DNA of 64,000 bases from Malacoraja senta. Lineage: Eukaryota. The notes beneath the pieces are model-generated. The model was not told where the DNA came from and did no database searches. It saw only the letters and a list, made by a program, of their open reading frames with translations. Position numbers and translations under genes: made by a program. Below are positions 1 through 12,300 of the stretch, in pieces. Numbering within the stretch: position 1 is the stretch's first letter; every line of letters begins with the position of its first letter. The stretch lies in contig JAXLNO010000977.1 in NCBI GenBank assembly GCA_038087875.1, positions 1 through 64,000 of the forward strand, read 5' to 3'.

Positions 1-311
1 GTCCCACGGTACGAGGTTAATTTCCAAGAGCTCTCCAGAGTTTGCCCGATTCAAACTCGGAGATTTACGGTAATGGCCACTCGTTGGTACTCGGGGCTAT
101 CGTGGACATTTTTCAACATGTTGAAAAATCTTCACAAGTCTTCCCGTGCTTACCTGCTGTTAGCAAGTCTTCCCGAGTACCTGCCGTTAGCGTTACGAGC
201 CGCTGAGAGACGTCCCCGAGCTCTGACGTACCCGCTATGTTCATTTCTCCATGCTTACCCCGAGTTTGATTTTTTTTAAACTCGGGAGAGCTCTTGGAAT
301 GAACTCGTACC
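1..311 (-). mobile_element. PIF/Harbinger-type MITE, partial copy (left end cut by window edge, right TIR truncated)
   Basis: Reverse-orientation homologue of 4421-4720: starts gtcccacggtacgag, shares the central 22-bp palindrome atttttcaacatgttgaaaaat (108-129), ends ...ctcttggaatgaactcgtaccg. Confidence 0.8.
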
Positions 312-1900
312 GAGAGCGGATGGACAAAAATAAATAGTATTTATTAATTTTTTTCCTTCCTTCCATGATTCGGAATAAAAAAATACAGACAAGGTAACAG
401 TCCAAGCAGACAAAACACCCTCTGTAGTGGCATAGGCCAAAGGATTTATTTTAAGCTGTCTTTTTTATATTCTCCAAGCTGCCTGAATGCCAGCTGTTCT
501 TGGACTGTGGCTTTTGTTTCATAGGGTCATTGTTTTCGTTCCATGAAAGGAAAGCTTGCACTCTAGATGCAGAAAATGAGGGATGGGGACCAGTGGATGA
601 GCTTAACTCCTTAGTTACCAGATCGCATCAAATGTAGGTTTTGGTTAAGAACTATGGAGGGACTTTGTTCCAGTAGAACTAAGGTAGCTCGCATGTTTTG
701 AAATTCCTACTTCAAAATAAAGCTGCATGAGTAAAATTTCAAGTGACAGGGTACTTTTTGCAGTTGAGGAGGTTTGGGGGGGTTACTTTGACAACCCTGA
801 AATTGGGCACAGGAATCAGAGTACAATAAGCCACCGCCCTCATTGAAATGCAGGTGGCCACCAATAGTGTGCTGCCTACTAATTATAATGCTATAGCGTC
901 CAGCCAATGTTGAGCTTGATGTTCATTGTCAGGGGGGCCATATTGTGCTGTCTGGCCAACATTGCTTGCTAGCCAGAACAGCTTAAAGGGTTATAAAGGC
1001 ATTATAAAATGGAACAGGTGCTGCCACCACTGAACCTGGCCCAGGAAACTCACCAGAACAATATAATATGGAAGAGGCTGAAGCTTAGTGCACATGTGGA
1101 GAAAGGCAACAATTTACAACCTCCTGCCACTTGACTCCTGGGGGGTGGGGCTTGGTGTCGTCTGTTTGTTAATGTGTAAAATAACCTGTTAAACTTATTG
1201 CTGTTGGCATGTTGACATAATGTAAGTATTGTAAGCATATGTATTGATGTGCTTGTTATAATGAATTGAGACGCAGCAATATTCTATTGTTGCGTTATAA
1301 TGCATGTTTCCATAACACGCATTGGATATAATGCGATTGATGAATTCGGGAATGCTATCTGTATTACATGGGCCAAATTGGTAATAACACGATTATGATT
1401 GGGAATTAGAGAACCACCTAAATATTACTTTGGAAATTGACAAGCAGGGAAAAAAAACTTTCTTGGGATGGGGGAGAGGGATGGAGTCTGGGGTAAAGAA
1501 ACTGTTTCCATGTAACCTCCCTAAAGTAATCAGACTCCATTATCAACTGATAGTTTCACTACAGGCGGCCAAGGAAATTGATAAGCAATCACTTCTATTG
1601 ACATGTGTGTAATGATACTCTATTAAACAATGTAACAATGACTTCACCAGAATGATGCTCTAATCTCTGCTCTGCTCCATTTATCACCTTTGTCACACTC
1701 TTACCAGCTATCTATGACGGAACTAATGTTCAACAATCATTTGCTCCACCGCATCTTCACACCCAGGTCTCACAGCTTACACCACTGCCTGAATACATAT
1801 TGCTCTTCATTTCTGCAGGTCAAATATGTGCGCAAGGACTGTTGTTACTCAGTAGTCACCCCTTAGCTTGCTGTGGAGGCTCAATCTAGCTGGCACAAAA

Positions 1901-2370
1901 TGATTCTTTATTATCACATGTACTGATGTACAGTGAAATTCTTTTTTTGCATACAGTTCAGTAAACTATTGCCCAACCTAAGCACAATCCCCGATTAATA
2001 CAAAGTACACAGAAATAGTCCACTGAAACCGCATGCAAGTGTCGTCAGGCTTTGACGCTATTTTCAAAGTCCAGTCCAAGGGCTTGGTCTTCTGGAGAGG
2101 CGCCCGTTCCAAGCGAGCCCCAGGCTGCCGCAGGGCCTATGGACGTCGCCTCCGTCCAGATCATCCAGCAAACCTTTACCCCTCTCCTCGCCTGGCCGCC
2201 TTTAGCCTTTGTGCCCCGGGCGTGCCTCCCGCAACTGACCTTGAGGACGCAGAAGGTAAGACCCCAGTTCACTCTCTTATCAGACCTTTTGTCGGCTCCC
2301 TCCATCCTCCTCTCTGGTCCTCAGAGGACGTGCGGGGGGGCTGCTCGACAACTTCCCTCTACAGGAAGTG
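1901..2370 (-). mobile_element. Non-autonomous LINE-derived element (GC/CpG-rich body plus Rex1/Babar-type 3' tail)
   Basis: Minus strand ends ...aaagaatttcactgtacatcagtacatgtgataataaagaatca, the same tail type as the Rex LINE at 6290-6349; body is CpG-rich with no credible ORF. Confidence 0.6.
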
Positions 2371-2404
2371 ATTGGCAGCACTTTACTGAATACTGATTTC
2401 CACC

Positions 2405-2700
2405 ACACACTGCCAGCTGAATGTTGAGGCACTGCCAGCAGAGAATGAGGTTGACAGGCATTCCCTTCGATGGATGTAAGTGCAGTTTGTGGCATTCCAG
2501 CATCTTGTGAAGCTTGCAGTCCTCTCTGATTCCTGTGCTTGCTCTGCTGCTTGTTTGTGGCAAGAAATGATGAAAAGTGGTCAGCTCTCTCTGTATGGAG
2601 AGTCTCAGTGATATATTTAAGGGGGGAACATTTGATGCAGCATTGAGCACCAAAATGGCTTCCCTGCCGATGTCCTCTGATGGATGATTTGCACACTATG
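2405..2700 (-). pseudogene. Highly decayed PIF/Harbinger (HARBI1-like) transposase fragment
   Basis: Minus-strand frames give VLNAAS, ITETLHTERADHFSSF..AGMPQ and QCLNIQLAVC in order. These resemble the Harbinger motifs ALNFYASG, VTDAL..RA..FI.F..AGFP and HSLNVQLVCD. Confidence 0.5.
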
Positions 2701-2874
2701 GAAGCTACACGTGAATGATGTTGCTCTGTGTGCCTTTATTTACATAGTTGACAATTTTCCACCTGTAACCGTGTGAGCATGTCACAAATACAGTTTAAGA
2801 CCCTACGTTCATTCCTGGCGGCAAAAAAAATATGGTAGACCAAGTCTCAGTTTGACCTGTAGAGCTCTTATAAC

Positions 2875-2967
2875 AAGAAGGGTCTCGACCTGAAACGTCA
2901 CCCATTCCTTCTCTCCAAAGATGCTGCCTGTCCTGCTGAGTTACTCCAGCATTTTGTGTCTACCTCC
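2875..2967 (+). mobile_element. Short Penelope-terminus unit (93 bp) with 13-bp TSD
   Basis: Matches the 3' end of the PLE at 29230-29325; flanked by gagctcttataac at 2862-2874 and 2968-2980. Confidence 0.85.
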
Positions 2968-4091
2968 GAGCTCTTATAACTTTTCGGTATCTTAATTCTT
3001 GAGTTTTCTTTCCCATTTACGAAAAGCAAATCTGCCAGTTGAAATAACATGTGACCTTTAGGAAAATGAATATAACAAAAGTAAATGTTTTAGAATATAT
3101 TTGCACAAATGTCATGATGAATGTTTAAAGTTCACGGTGATTTCTGTGCTTAAAGCAAGCATATAGTGCAGCTTTACAGTGTGGTGTGATTTTGCAAGCT
3201 TCCCTGCGCTGTGTGGAATGAAAGTATAGGCAATTATTACTAAAGGGACTAATTAAAAGATCTGTTAATTTCCATCCCTTTATCTTAAGGAATGACAATG
3301 ATGGAACTGTGGTCTCCTTCAGCTATTCCTCTGCAACACTAAATGATACTTATCGGAAAAAATGATGTTGGAAAGAATTAATCTTCAATTTCATTTTATT
3401 TACTCTTGCCCTAGTTTTTTCAATTATATCGAATGTGATGACATTATTGTCTGGTGTATTTTAATACTGTCTAGCCCCCTCACAACATTGGGGCTGTGTA
3501 TATTGTGCATGGCGGTTTCCCGGTGACAACATCACTGCATTGTTTAAAAACTCAAATATTCTCAACCGCATCGATACAGCAAACTCTTTCACCTGATTGA
3601 TCTTTAAATGTTGGCAAGACTCCCTTCCTAAAAGCAGAAAGCTTATTGTGTGCAGTTGTTTGGTTAGTACAAGCTGGCAGAGATAAATCTTAACAGAAGC
3701 AGCATAAAATTGTTAACAGGAGTAATCCTTACATACAGTGAGTGCCCTCCATAATGTTTGGGACAAAGACCCGTCATTTATTTATTTGCCTCTGTACTCC
3801 ACAATTTGAGATTTGTAATAGAAAAAAATCGCATGTGGTTAAAGTGCACATTGTCAGATTTTATTAAAAATCTGTCAGATTTTTATACATTTTGGTTTCA
3901 ACATGTAGAAATACAGCAGTGTTTAAACATAGTACCCCATTTCAGGGCACCATAATGTTTGGGACACATATATTCACAGGTGTTTGTAATTGCTCAGGTG
4001 TGTTTAAATGCCTCCTTAATGCAGGTATAAGAGGGCTCTCAGCACCTGGTCTTTCCATCACCTTTGGAAACTTTTATTGCTGTTTATTAAC

Positions 4092-5359
4092 ATGAGGACC
4101 AAAGTTGTGCCAATGAAAGTCAAAGAAGCCATTATGAGACTGAGAAACAAGAATAAAACTGTTGGAGACATTAGCCAAACCTTTTGGCTTACCAAAATCA
4201 ACTGTTTAGAACATCATTAAGAAGAAAGAGAGCACTGGTGAGCTTACTAATCGCAAAGGGACTGGCAGGCCAAGGAAGACCTGATGACACAAGAATTCTC
4301 TCTATAATAAAGAAAAATCCCGAAACACCTGTCCGACAGATCAGAAACATTCTTCAGGAGTCAGGTGTGGATTTGTCAATGACCACTGTCTGCAGAAGAC
4401 TTCATGAATGGAAACACTGAAGGGGCTGTCCCACTGTACGAGCTAATTCAAGAGCTCTCCCGAGTTTAAAAAAAAATCAAACTCGTAGTAAGTACGTAGA
4501 ATGTACGTTGCGGGTATGTCGGAGCTCAGGACGTCTCTTAGCGGCTCGTAAACGCTAACGGCAGGTTCTCGGGAAGACTCGTGAAGATTTTTCAACATGT
4601 TGCAAAATGTCCACGAGAGCCCCGAGTACCTACGAGCGGCCATTACCGTAATTCTCCGAGTTCGAATCAGGGGAAACTCAGGAGAACTCTTGAATTAGCT
4701 CGTACAGTGGGACAGCCCCATGAGGCTCACTGCAAGATGCAAACCACTGGTTAGCTGCAAAAATAGGATGTGGACGGATGAGATGAAGATTAACTTATAT
4801 CAGAGTGATGGCAAGAGCAAAGTATGGAGGAGAGAAGGAACTGCCCAAGATCCAAAGCATACCACTTCATCTGTGAAACACGGTGATGGGAGTGTTTTGG
4901 CCTGGGCATGTATGGCTGCTGAAGGTACTGGCTCACTAATCTTCATTGATGATACAACTGCTGATGGTAGTAGCATAATGAATTCTGAAGTGTATAGACA
5001 CATCCTATCTGCTCAAGTTCAAACAAATGCCTCAAAACTCATTGGCCAGCAGTTCATTGTACAGCGACAATGATCCCAAACATAGTGCTAAAGCAACAAA
5101 GGAGTTTTTCAAAGCTAAAAAATGATAAATTCTTGAGTGACCAAGTCAATCGCCCGATCTGAACCCATTTGAGCATGCCTTTTATATGCTGAAGAGAAAA
5201 CAGAAGGGGACCAGTCCCCAAAACAAGCATAAGCTAAAGATGACTGCAATACAGGCCTGGCAGAGCATCACCAGAGAAGAAACCCAGCAACTGGTGATGT
5301 CCATGAATCGCAGACTTCAAGCAGTCATTGCATGCAAAGGATATGCAACAAAATACTAA
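4092..5359 (+). pseudogene. Tc1 transposase pseudogene (DD34E type)
   Basis: Begins MRTKVVPMKVKEAIMRLR. Motifs WTDE.KINL, VKHGDGSVLAWACM, DNDPKH, SPDLNPFEH, GYATKY*. Disrupted by frameshifts, stops, a deletion before WTDE and a MITE. Confidence 0.92.
4421..4720 (+). mobile_element. PIF/Harbinger-type MITE (300 bp) inside the Tc1 ORF
   Basis: ~40-bp TIRs ggggctgtcccactgtacgagctaattcaagag / ctcttgaattagctcgtacagtgggacagcccc; 3-bp TSD TGA (4418-4420, 4721-4723). Confidence 0.9.
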
Positions 5360-5554
5360 ACATGACTACGTTCATTTACATGGCATTGCTGTGTCCCAAA
5401 CATTATGGTGCCCTGAAATGGGGGGACAATGTATAAACACTGCTGTAATTTCTACATGGCGAAACCAAAATGTATAAAAATCGACTTTATTAAAATCTGA
5501 CAATGTGCACTTTAACCACATGTGATTTTTTTTCTATTACAAATCTCAAATTGT

Positions 5555-6349
5555 AATAGAAAAATTGAGCAACTGTCCATATGGTGCCAGCACAACAACC
5601 TGGCCCTCAACACCAGCAAAACCAAGGAACTGATTGTGGACTTTGGAAGGAGTAGGATGGGGACCCACAGTCCCGTTTATATCAACGGGTCGATGGTTGA
5701 AAGGGTCAAGAGCTTCAAATTCCTGGGCGTGCACATCTCTGAAGATCTTTCCTGGTCCGAGAACAATGATGCCATTATTAAGAAAGCACATCAGCGCCTC
5801 TACTTCCTGAGAAGATTACGGAGAGTCGGTTTGTCAAGGAGGACTCTCTCTAACTTCTACAGGTGCACAGTAGAGAGCATGCTGACCGGTTGCATCGTGG
5901 CTTGGTTCGGCAACTTGAGTGCCCTGGAGAGGAAAAGACAACAAAAAGTAGTAAACACTGCCCAGTCCATCATCGGCTCTGACCTCCCTTCCATCGAGGG
6001 GATCTACCACAGTCGCTGCCTCAAAAAGGCTGGCAGCATCATCAAGGGCCCATACCATCCTGGCCACACTACTACCTTCAGGTAGAAGGTACAGGAGCCT
6101 GAAGACTGCAACGGCCAGGTTCAGGAACAGCTACTTCCCCACAGCCATCAGGCTATTAAACCTGGCTCGGACATAACACTGAACTTTACTAGCCAATACT
6201 GTTATTTGCACTTTATCAGTATATTGACCATTGTGTATATATTTATAAAATGCCTTGTAGTAAATGCCTACTATGTTCTGTTGTGCTGAAGCAAAGCAAG
6301 AATTTCATTGTCCTACCAGGGACACATGACAATAAACTCACTTGACTTG
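5555..6349 (+). mobile_element. 5'-truncated Rex1/Babar LINE (RT C-terminus and 3' UTR) inserted in the Tc1 right IR
   Basis: ORF WCQHNNLALNTSKTKELIVDF..FKFLGVHISEDLSW..QRLYFLRRL; tail aataaa-ctca-(cttga)n; 7-bp TSD aaattgt (5548-5554, 6350-6356). Confidence 0.92.
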
Positions 6350-6737
6350 AAATTGTGGAGTACAGAGGCAAAAAAATAAATGACGGGTCTTTGTCCCAAA
6401 CATTATAGAGGGCACTGTATGCCTACAGTGCAAAGAACTGATGTGTTGGTCATAAAATATTTAAGCTCTGAGATATGCCTCTTGGAGTTTAAAAAGAATC
6501 CAGGGCAGATGCATTAAATGATTTCTGTAACCAAGTATGTACCTTTAAAATTGTTCCTGCTCAAACATTTATGAGTTGGTGATGTACAAAGTAAGCACGT
6601 GAGTGGGTGGTTAGGGGAGTGTGCGATGTTTAAATGTGCTGACAGCTGAGCTAGTGGAAGCTTCTTCATGAGGTGGACTCCTAGTGCATTCACTGGTGAT
6701 CAAAAAGGTCCAGAAGTCAAACACTAGATTTAAAAAA

Positions 6738-7055
6738 ACATGCTGGAACTAATCTGCGGGTCAGGCAGCATTTGTGGAGAGAGAGTTAACTTTTCAGGTT
6801 GAGATCTTTATGTTTTGATCAATGATTTCAGCATCTGCAATTCTTTGTGGCTCCATTTTACAGCTGTGTTTTATATCGTCATGATGATCTGACATGATCA
6901 AGCAAAAAGAAACTGCTGGAGGAAGTCACAGGGTTAAGCAGCATCCGTGGAGGTAGAAAGACCTTTCTTGATGCAGGTCTTGACCTGAAATGTCAAATGT
7001 CCATTTTTCTCCACAGATACTGTCTGACCCATTGAGTTCCTCCAGTTTGTTTGTC
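6738..7055. mobile_element. Two older degenerate Penelope-terminus units, the second one fold-back
   Basis: tgctggaa..gggtcaggcagcat..ggag and ...cagatactgtctgacccattgagttcctccag motifs in opposing orientation. Confidence 0.6.
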
Positions 7056-8508
7056 TTCGGCAGCTTCTAGTGACTCCAGAATTAGAAATCAGTATAACTC
7101 CTGGGATCCTAAAACAAAAGAAGATTTTGTGGCCTGGAAGATAAATGATATTTAATGAACGTTTTAATTTGCAAAATTAAAATTTAATCTCATAGAAAAC
7201 GTAAGCAATTCTTACAGAAAAACGCATTGCTATCGTCAATATATTTCCAATCAAATATGGTACAATTAATGTTCTAAATTTACACCTAGGAGGCTGTTGG
7301 ACCTCAGGAATTTGGTTAGATGGGAGTGGCATTGTACAGTATCCTCCGAGCAGGTTTGCATTGTCTTGCCACGCCTATGTAATTCTCCTGAACCTTGCAA
7401 TGTAATGTTGAGAACAAACACCTGGTTACAAATAGTTCATTCTGCTGGAAGATCAATGTCTCTGTCAGACTGCAGAGTCACTTTCACTGAGTGAGTCTTC
7501 TGGAAGCCGGTGATTCTATACTTCCAGTTTAAAAGTTGAGCAATGGCCATCATGCTGTGACCTTGGTTCACAGCCCTGATGCTAATGGAGCTGCAGACTG
7601 TGTTGATGCCTGTGCTACATGCCACATCTCTGCAAAGCTGTTGCCGCCACTCAGAGCAACTTCTACTTTCCTACTCTCTCAATCATCAGTCAATCAAGCT
7701 ACAGGCCAGTTACAAAGCAACTTTGCAATGGGTGCTTCCAGTAGGACTGGGATTGTTCCACATCCAAATTAGATTCTTTCCTGGATACAGTGATCGGTAC
7801 ACTAATTTACAAGCACTGGAGGCAAGCTGGCCTGAGGCATTCAAACATTGGCTTTTTAAAATGGAGATTCTAGATGAGGTGGCTCTTTGTACCTGTACAA
7901 ATGAAACAACTCTTCCAAACACCACAAAACAGGAGGGAGTGGCTTCAGCAAATATGCTGCTGAGAGCTAGTCCATAAAGACCCTACCAATGCAACTGGTT
8001 TGGAATGACTGCCTGCTTTATGTCGAAGCCACATAAAATGGTTTAACTGAAGCCTTTTCTTTTACATAACTATTTCTGTTTTAAAGCAGAACTTTATGCA
8101 ATGTACCCAAGCAAGGTTTGAATGCCCGAGAATGGTTATCTATTTAACCTTGATTGTTTACGGGGTTTCTTTTCTTGGGACATGGGTTACTGTCTAGCTA
8201 TATTGTTGTACTAAATCTCACTAGGACTTTATTCACCTGGTGTAGTAACATCGTTTAATCACAAGATGCATTAGCTCCATCTGAGACACAAGCAATTAAT
8301 GTTCTGCATTAGATTTCAAAATGCGCAAATACCTTGTTTAAAACAATATTATTTGTGGAGGGGGGAAATGGGTTATTCTATTTTTAATAATAGCGGTTAA
8401 AATGAAATATAAACGTCAGCGTGCCTGATCCTACAAACTGCACTGCTGCAGACTGCACTGGTGCTGATGTTGGGAGCGAGAGCTCCCACTGCCACTATTG
8501 TCAAATTG

Positions 8509-8617
8509 AGGAGAAATTGGGTCTGATGAAAGGTCTCGACCCAAAACGTCACCCATTCGTTCTCTCCAGAGATGTTGCCTGTCCTGCTGAATTACAGCAG
8601 CATTTTGTGTTTCCAAA
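8509..8617 (+). mobile_element. Short Penelope-terminus unit with 10-bp TSD
   Basis: TSD tgtcaaattg (8499-8508, 8618-8627); contains tgggt-CTGATGA-aaggtctcgaccc-aaaacgtc-accca. Confidence 0.8.
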
Positions 8618-8734
8618 TGTCAAATTGTCAGGCAGTTTCCGCTCTCCTACTTTCAGGTTCCAATCTGGATTTGTGTATCCCATGATTGCAGCCAATCTTT
8701 GATTTGAACTTTTCATATATTTCATTAATTTATC

Positions 8735-8865
8735 CTTTGTACCTCTAGTTTCCCTCTCCCCCGACTCTCAGTCCGAAGTAGGGTCTCCACCCGAAGCGTC
8801 ACCAATTTCTTTTCTCCAGAGATGCTGCCTGTCCCGCTGAGTTACTCCAGCACTTTGTGTCACAC
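8735..8865 (+). mobile_element. Penelope-terminus copy
   Basis: cagtccgaagtagggtctccacccgaagcgtcacc...gagatgctgcctgtcccgctgagttactccagcactttgtgtc. Confidence 0.8.
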
Positions 8866-9169
8866 CTGAGGCAGTTCACAGTGACTTTACCAGTGGAATG
8901 CAGCGACATATTGAGGCAACAGAGGAAAATCAGGACTTAATACATCCCCATCAGAAGATGGCATCTCTATAGACTTCCATAATTAAGTGGCATATGGTAT
9001 TTTGATAAATGGATCTGTGGCAGTATTAAAAGAAGGGTTATGATTATGCTTAAGTGGATAGTTCTGACCCAATCATTGCTTCTTTATGGAATGCTCAGAA
9101 TCTGCTAATCACTGGCTCATTTCAGACACGTGAAAACAGATCATAGTGTTGAAATTGGGAACTGCAGAT

Positions 9170-9385
9170 TGGCCTTTGTTCCAAACGTCTGCCTATCATA
9201 AATTCTCCACACCTATGTTGACCTATTATCTGCCATGCTTTGTCCTGCCTCTCCCCTTTTCCAGCTTTCTTCTCCCCCGCTGTAATCAGTCTGAAGAAGG
9301 GTATTGACCTGAAACATCTCCTATTCATGTTCTCCTGAGATGCTGCCTGACTTGCTGAGTTACTCCAGCATTTTGTGTTATTTTG
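9170..9385 (+). mobile_element. Penelope-terminus copy with longer 3' UTR
   Basis: aatcagtctgaagaagggtattgacctgaaacatc...gctgagttactccagcattttgtg; upstream part resembles 54470-54590. Confidence 0.75.
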
Positions 9386-12300
9386 TGACTATGTACATAT
9401 ACTTGGAATTCACCCTGTCCATGGCTCCCATTGCAAACTGGACTGGCACCATCGTCTTTGCTGTATGACCAGTGGAATTCATCAGCTGGGAATGGGAGTC
9501 GTTATATTTTGGTACTGTCCCACCAATTAGGGATGGAAGCTCATTATAGCCTTTGTTAATAATTTTGCTGAAGGTCTTTTTGAAGGGTTTAAAGTGTTCA
9601 ACAGATCAGAAAATGGCTCTTTTTACACCAGACTTAAAATTATTTCAGTTAGCTTTTAGGAGACTGCAATATCGCAATATGTTCTCATGTTAAATACAGT
9701 TGTGTGGGTATTTCTCCCCCTCCCCCCCTGAAGGAATGTTTGGCTTAGCCACTGGGAATTACTGTTAGCAATGGCCTCTTTTTAATATAGACTGGATGAG
9801 GGGGAGGGATGGGGAGGTGGTGGGAAGGAATTACAAAAAAGTGTTTGTGTTATTTTTGCAATGCAGCAGGAGTTCTTTCAGGATTAAAAGAACAAAGTTC
9901 TTTTCAAGCTCAGTGAGCTGGCAATCTTAGGGCAGTTTCTTTTATATATTGTTCCAAAAAAAAATCCCAAATCATCTGCTACTGGGCGATGTGCACTATT
10001 TGTCTGGCTACACTTTGGCCCAGACCCACTGTTATGTCGGTTGCTATGGTGAGAAACATTTCAAGTGCCAGATTAAGAAAGAAACTGAACTGAAATGGGC
10101 AGAAATATGATCTGTGTTCGAGGGTGTGAATCAGAACACTACTTCAGGATTGGGTTGGCTGTATTAAACACTTTCTTTCCACCCCCACCACCACAAAAAG
10201 AAAGTATTGACTGACACCTTCCTGTTCCTTTCAACCAGAATTCAGGTTTCAGACCTTTATAGGGTCTGTTTACAGATCAGTCAAAAAAGCAGCTGTACAT
10301 TCAAAGCAGGTTTCATATCGGAATGTGTGTTTTCCTGCCTGCCTGCCGGCCTCAGGCATTGCCAAGTGTTGGCTGTTACAGTGGTTGTGTTTGCTCAACA
10401 CATCTCAGACAGGCTGGCAATATGATAGTCTGACACCATGAAAGCATTACACTCAGTTTGACCTAATAAGGACGTAAAAGTTTAAGAAGGAAAATAAAAG
10501 CTGCCTTCAGTTGGATAGTGTTCTTTCATTTTTAAAGATAAGAAAAGAGAAAAGCTCAATTCAAACTTAATTTTGAATTTAAAACAGGGCGAGAGGCCGA
10601 TTTAATAAAACGGTGTGTATCATGTTGAAGTATTGATCAGTTCTTAATGGCATTGCCAATAACATTTCAGAGAGTTTTAGATGGTTAACAAAAATGTGTA
10701 CTATTTAAATATTGCAGTCACATTCTAACTAAGATACAGGTTGTAAATTAATGTAATAATGAATTGCATTGTATGATTCTGACTAATCACCTACAATTTG
10801 GTTTGCAGTCTTGATATGTTAAGAAAACTCACTTGTTTTTATTTCAAGAGAAAGTGTCTCTAAAAAAATATTTTCTTGCAAAATAAACGTTTGAAATGTT
10901 CAGTATTGCTAGGAGGTCTTTCTATTAAGCCTTGAAAAGTACTATCTCACCCCAAAATAGTTCTGACCCTTTAATCTAGTAACCTTAAGGGACTTGGATA
11001 TGTTTTCAGGTTGGTGCCAATTACTACTTCATTTAATACCGATGGCATTGAATAGTAAATGCAATTGATAAAGAATTAAAATAAGGCCAAATGCTGTAAA
11101 TATTGGAAATCTGAAAAATGTCAGGTTTCTTTCTGACCAGATTAGGCAGCATCTGATGGCAGTCACACTCTATCCTGACTTGGAAATGTTGCTCTCTTCC
11201 AGTGATAGGGCTATGCTCACGTGCTGTGTTCAATAAGAACTTCAGCAGCTGGCTGTAGAATTTTTGAAAATGATAAAGATACTTATGTGTAAAGACCATT
11301 TTACTTGGAAAACTAATGGGAATAGCACTGCTAAGAAATGGACAAAGCGCTATGGTTTATTCACACATGTCTTTTTTTTATTGTGCATGGTGCCTTTTCG
11401 CCTCATTCAGTAGAATATTACTACTTGGGGCTGCTCAGCACAAAGTCTTTGAACAATTTATTTGGACACTGAAGAATTTCTAAGTTTTTATGTCAGTTTG
11501 ATGAGGAGGTTGGCAGAATTTAATTCTGTTTTTGCAGAAATTGAATATGCTTGCATTCATTAATGTGTGTTCTTAGGAATTAATAATAGATTTGAACACT
11601 GGATGAAATACCTCCTGTTGATAACTTTCCTGGGAGAGAAGCCAACAGTACTGCAGTCCAGTTTGTGTATCATTATACAAGCAAAAGTGTATCTTTCAAT
11701 CCCTGAGTTGTGGGAAATTTGCAACCTGCAAAATGTAAGATGTATCTGCATATATATATTCCTTTTTTAAATAGGAAATGATAGTATATAGTCCAAAAAG
11801 TCAATCTCAGCTTTGTGATGCACAATGCCTCTGATCTTGACTGTGCTCATGTTTATAATGGGTATGTCTCTTGACATTTAGCCATTGAGTGCATTTGAAG
11901 TACAGTCACTGCTCACAGGACACTCTGTCCACAGCAGTATACAGATAAGCTATTGAGTAATCCTCCTCCCACTCTCTCGGCCCTTTGTGTGACATTAACT
12001 GCAGAGTACACGCTTCTTAGTGATTGGATTTTGAAACATGAAAGAACGGAGTAAATTTCCTGGAAAGTGAATTCCGTGAATACTGTGACGATGCCATACT
12101 CAGAACTGTTGCTTTCTGAGCGACATAATTCTCTTTCATACATTAAGGTAAATATGCAGTCCACATTTTTTTTCTTAGCCAGCAGGCTCCTTCCAATTAA
12201 CACCTATCTGAAGTTTGACAATGGACATACAGTCTGTCACTTAAACCCATAGCTAACATGTTAAACCTTTTTGTTTGGTTCCAGATATACCCATAAAAAC

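Larger units (their letters stand above)
3736..6417 (+). mobile_element. Tc1-like DNA transposon, IR/DR type, decayed, with two nested insertions
   Basis: TA|cagtg...cactg|TA ends; ~230-bp inverted repeats (3736-3967 and 5391-6417) with inner/outer ccataatgtttgggaca direct repeats; about 1.58 kb once the inserts are removed. Confidence 0.95.

Noticed and set aside
7500-7990. 132-aa ORF in GC-richer sequence
   Set aside because: No recognisable motif or splice boundaries; probably ancient repeat debris.
8464-8488. CTGATG followed by the 7-bp hairpin tgggagc-GAGA-gctccca as a second hammerhead
   Set aside because: The box reads CTGATGT and no GAAA follows the stem; only an isolated GNRA hairpin.
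9375-9396. Partial match to a miR-153-like sequence on the minus strand
   Set aside because: Only about 13 nt, overlaps a repeat end, and there is no precursor hairpin.
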